Position numbers and translations under genes: made by a program
Notes under the pieces: generated by a model
What the model was told of the DNA's origin: nothing
Database searches by the model: none
Seen by the model: only the letters and a program-made list of their open reading frames with translations
Part shown: positions 9,566 through 20,100 of the stretch, in pieces
Layout: every line of letters starts with the position of its first letter
Numbering within the stretch: the first letter of the stretch is position 1
Assembly (NCBI GenBank): GCA_046292385.1
Contig: JBKBRF010000033.1
Coordinates: forward strand, 16,113-80,112
Length of the DNA: 64,000 nt
Direction of reading: 5' to 3'
DNA from: Armatimonadota bacterium
Lineage (GTDB): Bacteria; Armatimonadota; SYMT01

Positions 9566-9815
9566 GCAGCCTCCTTGCCGCCCTGAACGACGCCGCGCCA
9601 CCCCGGTTTCCGGGAGCACCGGACAAACTGTTTCCCACATCGACTAAGACGCTTGTTCTCGCCAAAGGCAGACTCCTTGCTATATGCCATGACGTGGGGA
9701 ATACGGAGGGGTTCCGTCATCGGTTTTACGACGATGGGGTGCGACCGCACGGTGGAAGCTGCTTACAACGAGAGATTGCAAGCTGCACGCGAGGGCGAGT
9801 CTCCGTTCAAGAGCA

Positions 9816-10058
9816 CTACTGCTCACTGGAGTAGCAGCAGGCACCTCCACCGGTGGTGGTTGGGATCCTGCTCCACGCCAGGGATGACCGCACCAAACCA
9901 GGCGACAGAGGGTCCAGGTGCAACGCCTCGCCCGCAACCTGCGCCAGCCGCCAGACGAACCGCTCCAGGATCCGCGTGCGGTCCATGAGGGTCCGTCGGC
10001 TCCAGCCCTGGGCCTTGCCGGTGATCCAACGGCCAACGGCGCGATTGAGATCGACTCC
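9816..10058 (-). pseudogene. Probable tyrosine-integrase N-terminal (SAM-like) remnant
   Basis: Manual translation with no proper start: DLNRAVGRWITGKAQGWSRRTLMDRTRILERFVWRL...LSPGLVRSSLAW, then stop; lies ~200 bp from the tRNA 3' end. Confidence 0.4.
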
Positions 10059-10251
10059 GGACGCCGGGGCGCAGCGATGCGGGAGCTCCGGGCGGCGCCC
10101 GGGGTGGAGACGGAAACAGCCGCCCGCCCCAGTCGAGGGGTAGAGGGTCTGAGCTGCGTTTTCAGCTCCTATCGAAGGATCGAAGGAGCTGGCGGATCAG
10201 GGAGTAGATGCGCTGTTTGTGCCTGATGTGGGAATCGGCACCGCTGAAAAG

Positions 10252-10324
10252 TGGGTCGGCTGGGACTCGAACCCAGGACCACCTCCTTAAAAGGGAGATG
10301 CTCTACCGACTGAGCTACCGACCC
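10252..10324 (-). tRNA. tRNA-Lys (anticodon UUU), CCA not encoded
   Basis: GGGTCGG-TA-GCTCAGTCGGTAGAGC-A-TCTCC-CTTTTAA-GGAGG-TGGTC-CTGGG-TTCGAGT-CCCAG-CCGACCC-A folds as a cloverleaf. Confidence 0.97.
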
Positions 10325-10368
10325 ATGCCCCGCGTGCGGAGGAGACCGTCCGACCGAAAGGCGCGCGT

Positions 10369-10377
10369 AGTATAGCA
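10369..10377 (-). promoter_or_regulatory. Extended -10 promoter for tRNA-Lys
   Basis: TGcTATACT on the minus strand ~45 nt upstream of the tRNA. Confidence 0.55.
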
Positions 10378-10547
10378 CACCGCGCGCCCGGCTGCTACCT
10401 CTTCCGCGCCGCCCCGCGCCGGCGGCGCCCCGGCGGGCGGACAGGGAGTGTAAACTGAGTCCGGCCGGGCAATACCTTCTCCTGGAGGCGCGCGCCTGGC
10501 TGCTCCGAGCCCCGGGGCTCGCGATCCGCGCCGGTGTCTGGTACTGC

Positions 10548-12005
10548 ATGGCTTTCCGACTGCTTTCCGCGCTCACCCTGGTACTCCTGCTGCTCGCCGT
10601 CGCTCCGGCCCCGGCCCGACCGGGAGCGGAGCCGGAGTCTCCCGATTTCCGCTGGCGCCTGCCGGTGCGCCCGGCGGCGCTCGAAGCCTCCGCCGGGGAG
10701 TTGCTGCCGGGGCCGGACGACGGCCCCCCGCAGCTCCGGTGGAGCCTCTCCCTCTCGCCCGGGCAGGCCGCCGAGCTGCGGGTGCCGACCCGCCGCGCGC
10801 GGGACCGGGACCTGCTGCTATTCACGGTGGCGGACGTCGAGCCGAAGGTGCCGCTGCGGCTCACGCTGCTGGATGCGGACGGCGCCGCCGCGGCGGAGGA
10901 GCTGCTCTCCGCGGACGAGATCCGCGTGGCGCGGCAGCGAAGCCTGATCCTGCGGGAGGCGGACGGCCGTCCCGCGACGCTCCGCGTGGAGCTGGTACCG
11001 CCGGAGAACGGCAGCCCGCTGCCGGAGCGGGTGGAAGTCACCCTCTCCCGGATGCAGTTCTTCCGTCTCTCGGAGCGCTCCCGCCCGGACGCCTGGCTCG
11101 TCGTCGGCGCCAGCCTGGAAGAAGCGGCGTTCAAGGACCCGGACCAGTTCTGGCGCGCCGTGCGGCGCCGCTACCCCCAGGCAGACCCGCTCTTGATCTC
11201 CCTGGCCCAGGGCGGCTGGGTCATCGACAACGCCCTCCGCCGGGCGCCGGAGACGCTGCGACGGCATCCCCAGATTCGGACGGTGCTGGTCCATATCGGC
11301 GGCAATGACATCACCCGCGCCCGCTACTACCCGAATGACGCCGGCCGCATCCGGGACCGGATGCGCGAGCTGCTCGAGCTTCTAAGTGGCGACGGCCGGC
11401 AGGTCTACCTTTCCCGGATGAGCTACCGGGCGTACAAGACCGAGCCGCGGGTGCCGCCGGAGTTCCACGGCTCCCTGCCGTACAACCAGATGATCTATGA
11501 TCCGCTGATCCGCGAGTACTCCCCCGCGCTTCTCGATCCGCGCACGCTGCAGACGCGGATGGACCCGTACGACTACTTCCTCCGCCACCCGGAAGAGCTG
11601 AGCCCGGACGGGGTCCACAACACCGAAAAGGGGCAGGAGAGCTGGATCCGGCTTTGGACCGACGCGGTCACCCCGCTGGTCTATGAGCCGGAGGTGCGCC
11701 GCGCCGCCCTCCGGGAAACGAGTGCTCGCCTGGCCGCCGAGGAGTCCCGGCGGAATTCCGCGAACCGTACTCTGAGCAGTCGCTCGGGGAAAGCAGGACG
11801 CGGAGCCGCCCAGCCGGCCCCGCCCGTTTCACAGAAGGGGAAGGGCCATGCGCAGGGCAGCACTCGGAGTGGTGGGGGTGGGAATCGCGGCAGCGGGCCT
11901 GCTGTGGCTCCGGCCCGTGGCGTCGGAGGTGAACCAGGTCAAGGAAGTAGCCCCCGGAGTGTTCTTCCACGAGGGGGATCTGCACGGGCACGGGCACTGC
12001 AATAA
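10548..12005 (+). CDS. Secreted SGNH/GDSL-family hydrolase
   Basis: Signal peptide; blocks VVGASL, HIGGND, DGVH; low-complexity tail overlaps the next gene. Confidence 0.8.
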   Translation: MAFRLLSALTLVLLLLAVAPAPARPGAEPESPDFRWRLPVRPAALEASAGELLPGPDDGPPQLRWSLSLSPGQAAELRVPTRRARDRDLLLFTVADVEPKVPLRLTLLDADGAAAAEELLSADEIRVARQRSLILREADGRPATLRVELVPPENGSPLPERVEVTLSRMQFFRLSERSRPDAWLVVGASLEEAAFKDPDQFWRAVRRRYPQADPLLISLAQGGWVIDNALRRAPETLRRHPQIRTVLVHIGGNDITRARYYPNDAGRIRDRMRELLELLSGDGRQVYLSRMSYRAYKTEPRVPPEFHGSLPYNQMIYDPLIREYSPALLDPRTLQTRMDPYDYFLRHPEELSPDGVHNTEKGQESWIRLWTDAVTPLVYEPEVRRAALRETSARLAAEESRRNSANRTLSSRSGKAGRGAAQPAPPVSQKGKGHAQGSTRSGGGGNRGSGPAVAPARGVGGEPGQGSSPRSVLPRGGSARARALQ

Positions 12006-12909
12006 CGCCTGGGTCGTCTTCGACGACTACGTGCTGGTGGTCGACGCCAACTTCCCCTCCGGCGCGCAGGTCGTTATCCCCAAGATTCAGGCGAGCACCC
12101 GGAAGCCGATCCGCTTCGCGTTCGACACCCACCACCACGGCGACCATGCCTACGGCAACCAGGTGTGGGTGGAGAACGGCGCGATCCCGGTGGCGCACGA
12201 GGGCGTGATCCGGGAGATGAAGAAGTACGAGACCGGCTACTACGGCAGCAAGCCGGGCCGCTGGGAAGAGGCGGCCCGGGACCGGCCGGACGTCGCCGCC
12301 AGCCGCCTGAAGCCGCCCACCCTCCTCTTCCCGAAGGAGCTGGTCTTCGATGACGGGAAGCACCGCCTGGAGCTGCGGCACTTCGGCGTCGCCCACACCC
12401 ACGGCGACGGCTGGGGCTGGATGCCGAAGGAGAAGATCCTCTTCAGCGGCGACGCCTGCGTGAACGGCCCGTTCAACTACGTCGGCGACGGCCACGTGGG
12501 CCAGTGGATCAAGACGCTGGAGGCGGCGCAGAAGCTGGGTGCCACGACCGTCGTCCCCGGCCACGGCCCGGTGGCGGACGGCTCGCTGCTCGAAGACCAG
12601 CGGCAGTTCTTCCTGGAGCTCTACCGCCACGGCCGGCGGCTGCACAGCACCACGAAGTCGCCCCGCGAGGCGCAGGAGCAGGTGGAGCGGATCAAGGCAG
12701 AGATCCGGAAGAAGCCGCGTATCGCGAAGTATGTCGGCGACTCCTTCGCGGCGCAGGTGGAGAAGGTCTATATCGAGCTGGGCGGCACGCCGTTCCCGCC
12801 GAAGACCCTGGCCCGCCGCGCCCGCGAGACGCACGCCCGCGACCACCGCCTCCTCCTGCGGGACGCCCCTACGCAGCGCGGACCGTTCGTCGCGCGGAAA
12901 GGCAAGTAG
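11848..12909 (+). CDS. Secreted MBL-fold metallo-hydrolase
   Basis: THHHGDH, AHTHGD, FSGD, VPGHG; N-terminal signal. Confidence 0.9.
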   Translation: MRRAALGVVGVGIAAAGLLWLRPVASEVNQVKEVAPGVFFHEGDLHGHGHCNNAWVVFDDYVLVVDANFPSGAQVVIPKIQASTRKPIRFAFDTHHHGDHAYGNQVWVENGAIPVAHEGVIREMKKYETGYYGSKPGRWEEAARDRPDVAASRLKPPTLLFPKELVFDDGKHRLELRHFGVAHTHGDGWGWMPKEKILFSGDACVNGPFNYVGDGHVGQWIKTLEAAQKLGATTVVPGHGPVADGSLLEDQRQFFLELYRHGRRLHSTTKSPREAQEQVERIKAEIRKKPRIAKYVGDSFAAQVEKVYIELGGTPFPPKTLARRARETHARDHRLLLRDAPTQRGPFVARKGK

Positions 12910-12911
12910 CC

Positions 12912-13484
12912 ATGAAATCGACTCGACGTTTACTCGGCTGGGCCATGGTCTTGTCGGTCGCCGCGGCGGCGCTGGCCGGCAGCGCGCTCGCCGCCCGGCC
13001 GCGGGTTGCGGTCGGCTGGCACGACGAGCTGAACAAGCCGCGTCGCTGGACGGCTTTCCCGCCTCCCAATGCCGCGGAGAAGCGGGTGCCGCGCCGCGGC
13101 GTGATGCGGCTCCGGATTCCGCCGGCGGCAGCCCAGGACCCGGCGCCGCCGTTCTACTGGGCGACGGTACACCGCGTCGCCGAAGTCGATCTGGACCGCT
13201 ATCCGATCCTCGCGGTGCGCACCACGCGGCTGAGCGGCGACACCTGGTGGGACTTCATGGTGCAGGAGGTACAGGACGGGGAGCTGGTGGGGCCGGAATA
13301 CAAGACGCCCAGCTCGCGCGAGCCGGGCGTGCTTCTGTACGATCTCGCCAGTGAGACCGGGCTTTCCGGGACCAGGGAGCTCCGCATTCGCCTCAACGTA
13401 GCGCGAGTCACCCCCGGCTGCTGGGCCGACTACACCTACGTGCGGTTCTTGAGCCGCGGCGAGGCCGCCTCGCTGGCGGAATAG
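12912..13484 (+). CDS. Secreted hypothetical protein
   Basis: ATG 2 nt after the previous stop; MKSTRRLLGW...ALA signal peptide. Confidence 0.7.
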   Translation: MKSTRRLLGWAMVLSVAAAALAGSALAARPRVAVGWHDELNKPRRWTAFPPPNAAEKRVPRRGVMRLRIPPAAAQDPAPPFYWATVHRVAEVDLDRYPILAVRTTRLSGDTWWDFMVQEVQDGELVGPEYKTPSSREPGVLLYDLASETGLSGTRELRIRLNVARVTPGCWADYTYVRFLSRGEAASLAE

Positions 13485-13509
13485 GAGAACGGACGCCCGC
13501 GCGGACGGC

Positions 13510-13929
13510 TCACGCGTCGCCGAGGACGGTGACGACGACGGTGCGCCGCCGGGGACGGACGTCGCACTCCAGGTGGAAGATCTGCTGCCAGGTGCCGAGA
13601 GCCGGCTCCCCCTCCGTCACCGGCACCGTGACGCCGGGGCCGAGGAGGGTCGCCTGGAGGTGGGAGTGGCCGTTGCCGTCGTGCCAGCGCTGCTCGTGGC
13701 CGTAGTCCCGGCTCGGCGGGATCAGCCGGTCCAGCATGGCCGGCAGGTCCTCTCGCAGCCCCGGCTCGAGCTCGATCACGCCGACCGCTGCCGTGCTGCC
13801 GAGGTTGAAGACGTGGGCCAGCCCCGTGCGGATGCCGGAGCGGCGCACCACCTCTGCCACCCGCTCCGTCAGGTCGTGCGTCTCTCCATGGCCGCGCGTC
13901 TCAAGGGTAAGCTGTTCCTGGTGCACCAT
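13510..13929 (-). CDS. yjbQ: YjbQ/UPF0047 family protein
   Basis: NGHSHL, LGTWQQIF, RRRTVVV motifs; start trimmed to MVHQEQ. Confidence 0.9.
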   Translation of the reverse strand: MVHQEQLTLETRGHGETHDLTERVAEVVRRSGIRTGLAHVFNLGSTAAVGVIELEPGLREDLPAMLDRLIPPSRDYGHEQRWHDGNGHSHLQATLLGPGVTVPVTEGEPALGTWQQIFHLECDVRPRRRTVVVTVLGDA

Positions 13930-14155
13930 CGCGGACTCCTGCGGTTTGGCTGACGGCCCGGCAAGCTGCAGGTTCGAAGCCGGAGTGACTGTGGGCAATA
14001 CTTCCTCCGGCCTCGCGAAACCAGCCGGGGTCGCCGGGCCGGCCGGTTTGTTCGCTCGATACCGACAGGCCCTCTCTTCATTGATAAGCTTTGCGTGACC
14101 GCCCCGCGGCCTCCTTTACTCCTCCGCCGCCCATCCGGATGCGCCACGTCCGACT

Positions 14156-17100
14156 ATGCCTACTGAACCCTCGTCTTTTCTCCACCTGGGCACCGCCGCC
14201 ACCCTGATCGGCGCCGCCCTCTCCGTGCTTCAGATGGCGCCTGCCGAAGAGGCAGAGGCCCCGTTCCGAGCGGAGCTCCTGAGCCGGGAGCAGCTCGCCG
14301 AGCGGGCGCGGCAGCTGGCGCGGGAGCACCGGGTGCTCCCCGGAAGGCAGCGCGGGCGCCCGCTGCTGCGCCGGGTGGAGGAGAGTGCGCGGTCGCTGGT
14401 CCGCAGCTACCAGGCGATCGCGGCGGCGGCGCGCCGGGGCGAGCCGGTGACGCCGGCCTCGGAGTGGCTGCTCGACAACTTCCACATCGTGGAGGAGCAG
14501 ATCACCGGCATCCGCAAGCACCTGCCGCGCACCTACTACGCGGAGCTGCCGAAGCTGCGGGACGGGGAGCTCGCCGGCTACCCGCGGGTCTACGCGCTGG
14601 CGCTGCTGATCATCTCCCACTCCGACGGCGCGCTGGACGAGGAGACGCTGGCGGAGGTGGTGCAGGCGTACCAGAGCATCTCGCCGCTCAGCATCGGCGA
14701 GCTCTGGGCGGTGGCGATCATGCTGCGCGTGGGGCTGGTGGAGAACCTCCGTCGCCTCACCGAGCCGCTGGAGGCCCAGCGCCTGGCGCGCGCGGAGGCC
14801 GACGCCTGGGCGGAGCAGGTGATCGCCGCCGCGGCGAACGGCGCCTCCGAAGTAGCAGTGGTGCTGGGACAGCTCGCCGGGAGCCGGCTGCGGCTGCGGG
14901 ACCCGTTCGTCGTGCGACTGGTCCAGCGGCTCCGCGGTCGCGGCGCCGCGGTGCAGCCAGTGCTCGACTGGCTGACGCGCCACGTCTCCGGCCAGGGCGG
15001 TCCCACCATCGAGGAGCGGGTCCGCGCGCAGAACCAGCTGCAGGCGGCGGACCAGGTCTCGATCAGCAACACGATCACCAGCTTCCGGCTGCTCGACCGC
15101 ATCGACTGGGCCTCCTTCTTCGAGAAAGTGAGCCTGGTCGAGGCGGTGCTCCGGCGAGATCCCGCCGGGATCTACACGCAGTGCGACTTCGCCACGCGGG
15201 ACGCCTGCCGGCATGAGGTGGAGCGGATCGCCCAGCGCAGCAACTCCACCGAGCTGGAAGTTGCCACGGAGGCGATCGACCTCGCCCGGGAGGGAGAGGC
15301 GCGCCGTCCCGGAGAGGTGCGACGGGCGCACGTCGGTTATTACCTGATCGACCGCGGCTGCCGGGAGCTGGAGCGGCGGTCGGAGTACCGCCCCACTTCC
15401 GGCGAGCGGGTCCATACCTGGGTGCTGGACCACCCGACCGCCATCTTCCTCGGCGCAATCACGCTTTTCACCGTGCTCTTCACGGCGATCGCGGTCTGGT
15501 ACGCCGCCGTGGCCGGGCCGGATGCCTCGCCCTGGCTGGTGGCGCTGGCCGGCCTGGCGGCGCTCATCCCCGCCAGCGATCTGGCGGTCTCCGTGGTCAA
15601 CCGCACCACCACGCTGCTGCTCCGGCCGCGCGTGTTGCCGAAGCTCGACTTCAGCACCGGCACGCCGACGGAGTTCCGCACGCTGGTGGTGATCCCCACG
15701 CTGCTCACCAGCGAAGAGGGGGTCGACGAGCTGCTCGACAACCTGGAAGTTCACTACCTGGCCAACACCGACCGGAACCTCCACTTCGCGCTGCTGACTG
15801 ACTTCGCCGACGCGCCGCAGGAGGAGATGCCGTCCGACCTGGCGCTCCTCCACCGCGCCATCAGCGGCATCCTGCGGCTGAACGACCGGTATGAGGGGGT
15901 CAACTGCTATCAGCGGTTCTACCTCTTCCACCGCCCCCGCAAGTGGAACCCGTGCCAGGAAGTCTGGATGGGCTGGGAGCGGAAGCGCGGCAAGCTGATG
16001 GAGCTGAACCGGCTGCTGCGCGGCGCGGAGGACACCAGCTACCAGATCGTGATCGGCGACCGCGAGGCGATCCAGGGGGTGAAGTACATCCTCTGCCTCG
16101 ACTCGGACACGCAGCTTCCGCCGGAGTCGGCCCACCGCCTGATCGGGACGATGGCGCACCCGCTCAACCGCCCGGTCATCGATCCGGAGACGCGGCGCGT
16201 GGTGGAAGGCTACGGGCTGCTCCAGCCGCGCGTGAGCATCAACCTGCCGAGCGCCGCGCAGACGCTTTTCACCCGCATCTTCTCCGGGAACGCCGGGGTC
16301 GACCCCTACACCACGGCAGTCTCCGACGTCTACCAGGATCTCTTCCGCGAGGGGATCTTCTGCGGAAAGGGGATCTACGATCTCGACGCCTTCGAGCAGG
16401 TGCTAGAGGGGCGGGTCGGCGAGAACGAGCTGCTGAGCCACGACCTCTTCGAGGGCAGCTTCGCCCGCTGCGCGCTCGCTACCGACATCGAGCTGTTCGA
16501 CGACTACCCGGCCCGTTACAACAGCCACGCCGCCCGGCAGCACCGGTGGATCCGGGGCGACTGGCAGCTCCTGAAGTGGCTGGCGCCGCGGGTCCGGCAG
16601 CCCGCCACCGGGGGGCGCCCGGGCCCGAACCCGCTCTCCGCCATTGCACGGTGGAAGATCTTCGACAACCTCCGCCGGAGCATGGTGGCGCCGGCGCTGG
16701 CGCTGATGCTGGCGCTCGGGTGGCTCGTGCTGCCGGGAGAGCCGGTGGTCTGGACTCTCGGCGCGCTCCTGGTGGTGCTCTTCCCGATCTACGCGCACCT
16801 CGCCGGCGCGCTCATCGTCGATCCGCGCGCCGTCCCCTGGACCAGCTACTTCTGGAACGTCTGGTACGACGCGCTGACCAACCTGGAGCAGGGGGCGCTC
16901 ACGCTGAGCTTCCTGATGCACCAGGCGGTGAACGCGGTCGACGCGGCGGTGCGCACCCTCTGGCGCATGTTCGTCACCCGACGGAACCTGCTGGAGTGGA
17001 CCACCGCCGCCGCCGCGGAACGGATGCTCGGCTCGGACCTCGTCAGCTTTACCCGGCGGATGGCGCCGTCGGTTGCCGTCTCCGCCCTGCTGCTGGTGCT

Positions 17101-20100
17101 GGTGGCGGCGCTCCGGCCGGGGGCGCTCGGCGCGGCCTTGCCGGTGCTGCTCACCTGGTTCGCCGCGCCCTGGGTCGCCTGGGCGGTCAGCCGGCCGCTC
17201 CGGAAGGAAGTCGTCACCCTGGCCCCGGATGAGATCGACTACCTGCGCCTGACCGCCCGAAAGACCTGGCGCTTCTTCGAGGAGACGGTCAGCGAAGCCG
17301 ACAACTGGCTGCCGCCGGACAACTACCAGGAAGACCGGTTGCCGGCGATCGCGCACCGCACCTCCCCCACCAACATCGGCCTCCTGTTGCTCTCCACCGT
17401 CTCCGCGCGCGACCTCGGTTATGTCGGCCTGCTGGAGATGACCGACCGGCTGGAGCGCACCATGGCGACCCTGGACGGGATGGAGAAGTTCTGCGGGCAC
17501 TTCTTCAACTGGTACGACACGGAGACCGCGAAGCCGATCCTGCCGTTCTACATCTCCACCGTCGACAGCGGCAACCTGGCCGGGCACCTGATCGCGCTCA
17601 AGCAGGCGTGCTGGGAGCTGCAATCGGAGCCGGTCTTCGGGGAGCAGACGCTGGCGGGCCTGCGGGACGTGCTGGCCGGGCTCCGCGAGGCGCTGGGCGA
17701 CAAGGAGGGCGTGCTGGCGGAGCCGCTGGCGACGATGTCCCAGCTCCTGAACGATCCGTCTTACAGCGGCCCGGCTTGGCACTTCCACCTGCAGAAGATC
17801 CGGTCGGTCGCCACCGTGATCGAGCAGCAGGCGGCGTCACTCTCCGAGATCGAGCTCGGCCGGGAGCCGCGGGCCTGGATCGGGATGCTTTCCCGGTCCG
17901 CGGCGGAGCTGCAGCGCGACCTGGAGACATTGATCCCCTGGGCCGGCCTCCTCACCATGCAGCCGGTGCCGTTCGGCGACGGCAAGCCGCTGTTCGGCGA
18001 CCTCGAGGACCGGCCGCACGTCTTCGCGGAGCTGGTGACGCCCCCGGGAAAGCGCCCGCGCGGGCTCTTCCAGCTCGCGGAGGCGATGGACCGCGCCCTC
18101 GCGCACCTGGAGCGGCTCTACGCCCGCCTGGAGCTGGACGGGGTCTCCCCGGAGCAGCAGGAAGCGGCGCGGACCTGGCTGGGCGAGCTCCGGAACGCCT
18201 TCGAGCAGTGCCGGGTGCAGCGGGTGCAGCTCCTGCGCCGCCTCAGCGCCCTGGCGGAGCAGGCGAACCGGATGGTCGAGGAGATGAGCTTCGCGTTCCT
18301 CTACGACGAGGCGCGCGATCTCTTCGCCGTCGGCTACAACGTCACCGAGGCGCGGCTGGACGGGTTCCACTACGACCTCCTCGCCTCCGAGTGCCGGCTG
18401 GCGAGCTTCGTAGCGATCGCCAAGCGGGAAGTGCCGCAGAAGCACTGGTTCCGGATGGGCCGGGCTCTCACTTCCGCCGGCGGCGAGCGGGCGCTCGTCT
18501 CCTGGAGCGGCACGATGTTCGAGTACCTCATGCCGCTGCTCGTGATGCGCTCCTACGGCGGCACGCTGCTGGCGGAGACGATGCCGGCGGTGGTGCGGCA
18601 GCAGCAGCGCTACGCCGCGCGCGAAGGGGTGCCGTGGGGGATCTCCGAGAGCGGCTTCAGCGCTCGCGACCCCGGCATGAGCTACCAGTACCACGCCTTC
18701 GGGGTGCCGGGCCTGGGGCTCAAAGCGGACCTCTCCGAAGACCTGGTGATCGCGCCGTACGCCACCCTGCTCGCGCTGCCGCTGGCGCCGCGGGAGGCGG
18801 TGCGGAACCTGGAGGCGCTGGAGCGCGAGGGAGGCGAGGGCCCGCTCGGCTTCTACGAGGCGATCGACTACACCCCGACCCGCCTGCCGCGCGGCGAGCG
18901 GAGCGAAGTGGTGCGCAGCTACATGGCGCACCACCAGGGCATGGCGCTGGTGAGCCTGGCGAACTATCTGCTCGGCGACCCGATGCAGCAGCGCTTCCAC
19001 GCCGACCCGCTGGTGAAGTCGGCGGAGCTGCTGCTCCAGGAGCGCAACCCGCGCGAGGCGACGCCGGCCCACCCGCAGACGCAGGAAGTGCTGGCGGCGC
19101 AGACCGTCCGGCGCGAGCTGGCCGCCGCCTCCGTGCGCCACTACACCACGGCGCAGACGAGCACCCCGCGCGTGCAGCTCCTCTCCAACGGCAGTTACGC
19201 GGGAATGGTCACCAACTCCGGCGGCAGCTACAGCACCTGGAAGGGGATCGCCGTCACCCGCTGGCGGGAGGACCCGACCCGCGACCACTGGGGGACCTTC
19301 CTCTACCTGCGCGATCTGCAGAGCGGCAGCGTCTGGAGCGCCACGCAGCAGCCGCTGCCGCAGGTCGCCGCGGAGTACGAGGTCTACTTCACGGAGGACA
19401 AGGCGGAGTTCCAGCGGCGCGAGCACGGCATCATGAGCCGGCTGGAGGTTTGCGTCTCCCCCGAAGACGACGTCGAGATCCGGCGGCTCACGCTGACCAA
19501 CCTCTCCGACCAGCCGCGGGAGATCGAGGTGACGAGCTACGCGGAGGTGGTGCTCGCCAAGCCGCAGGCCGACATGGCCCACACCACCTTCAGCAACCTC
19601 TTCCTCGAGACGGAGTTCCGTCCGGAGCGCACCGCCCTGCTGGCCACGCGCCGGCCACGCGCCGCGGGACAGGAGCGGCTCTGGGCGGTCCACGTGCTGG
19701 CGCACGAGGGGGTGCCGGCGGAGATCTGGGCCGCCACCGAGTACGAGACCGACCGCGCCCGCTTCACCGGCCGCGGACGCACCACCGCCAACCCGCTCGC
19801 CCTGGAGACGAATGAGCCGCTCTCCGGCGCCACCGGACCGGTTCTCGACCCGATCTTCTCCCTGCGGCAAAAGGTGCGGATGGCGCCGCGGCAGACGGTC
19901 CAGCTCGCCTACATCACCGGCGCCGCGGCCAGCCGGGAAGAAGCGCTCGCCCTGGCGGAGCGGTACCACGACCTCCGCGCCGCGGGCCGCGCCTTCGAGC
20001 TGGCGTGGACCAACAGCCAGGTAGAGCTGCGCCACCTGGGGCTCACCCCGGAGCAGGCGAACCTGTGCCAGCGCCTCGCCTCCCGGGTGCTCTACGTCGA

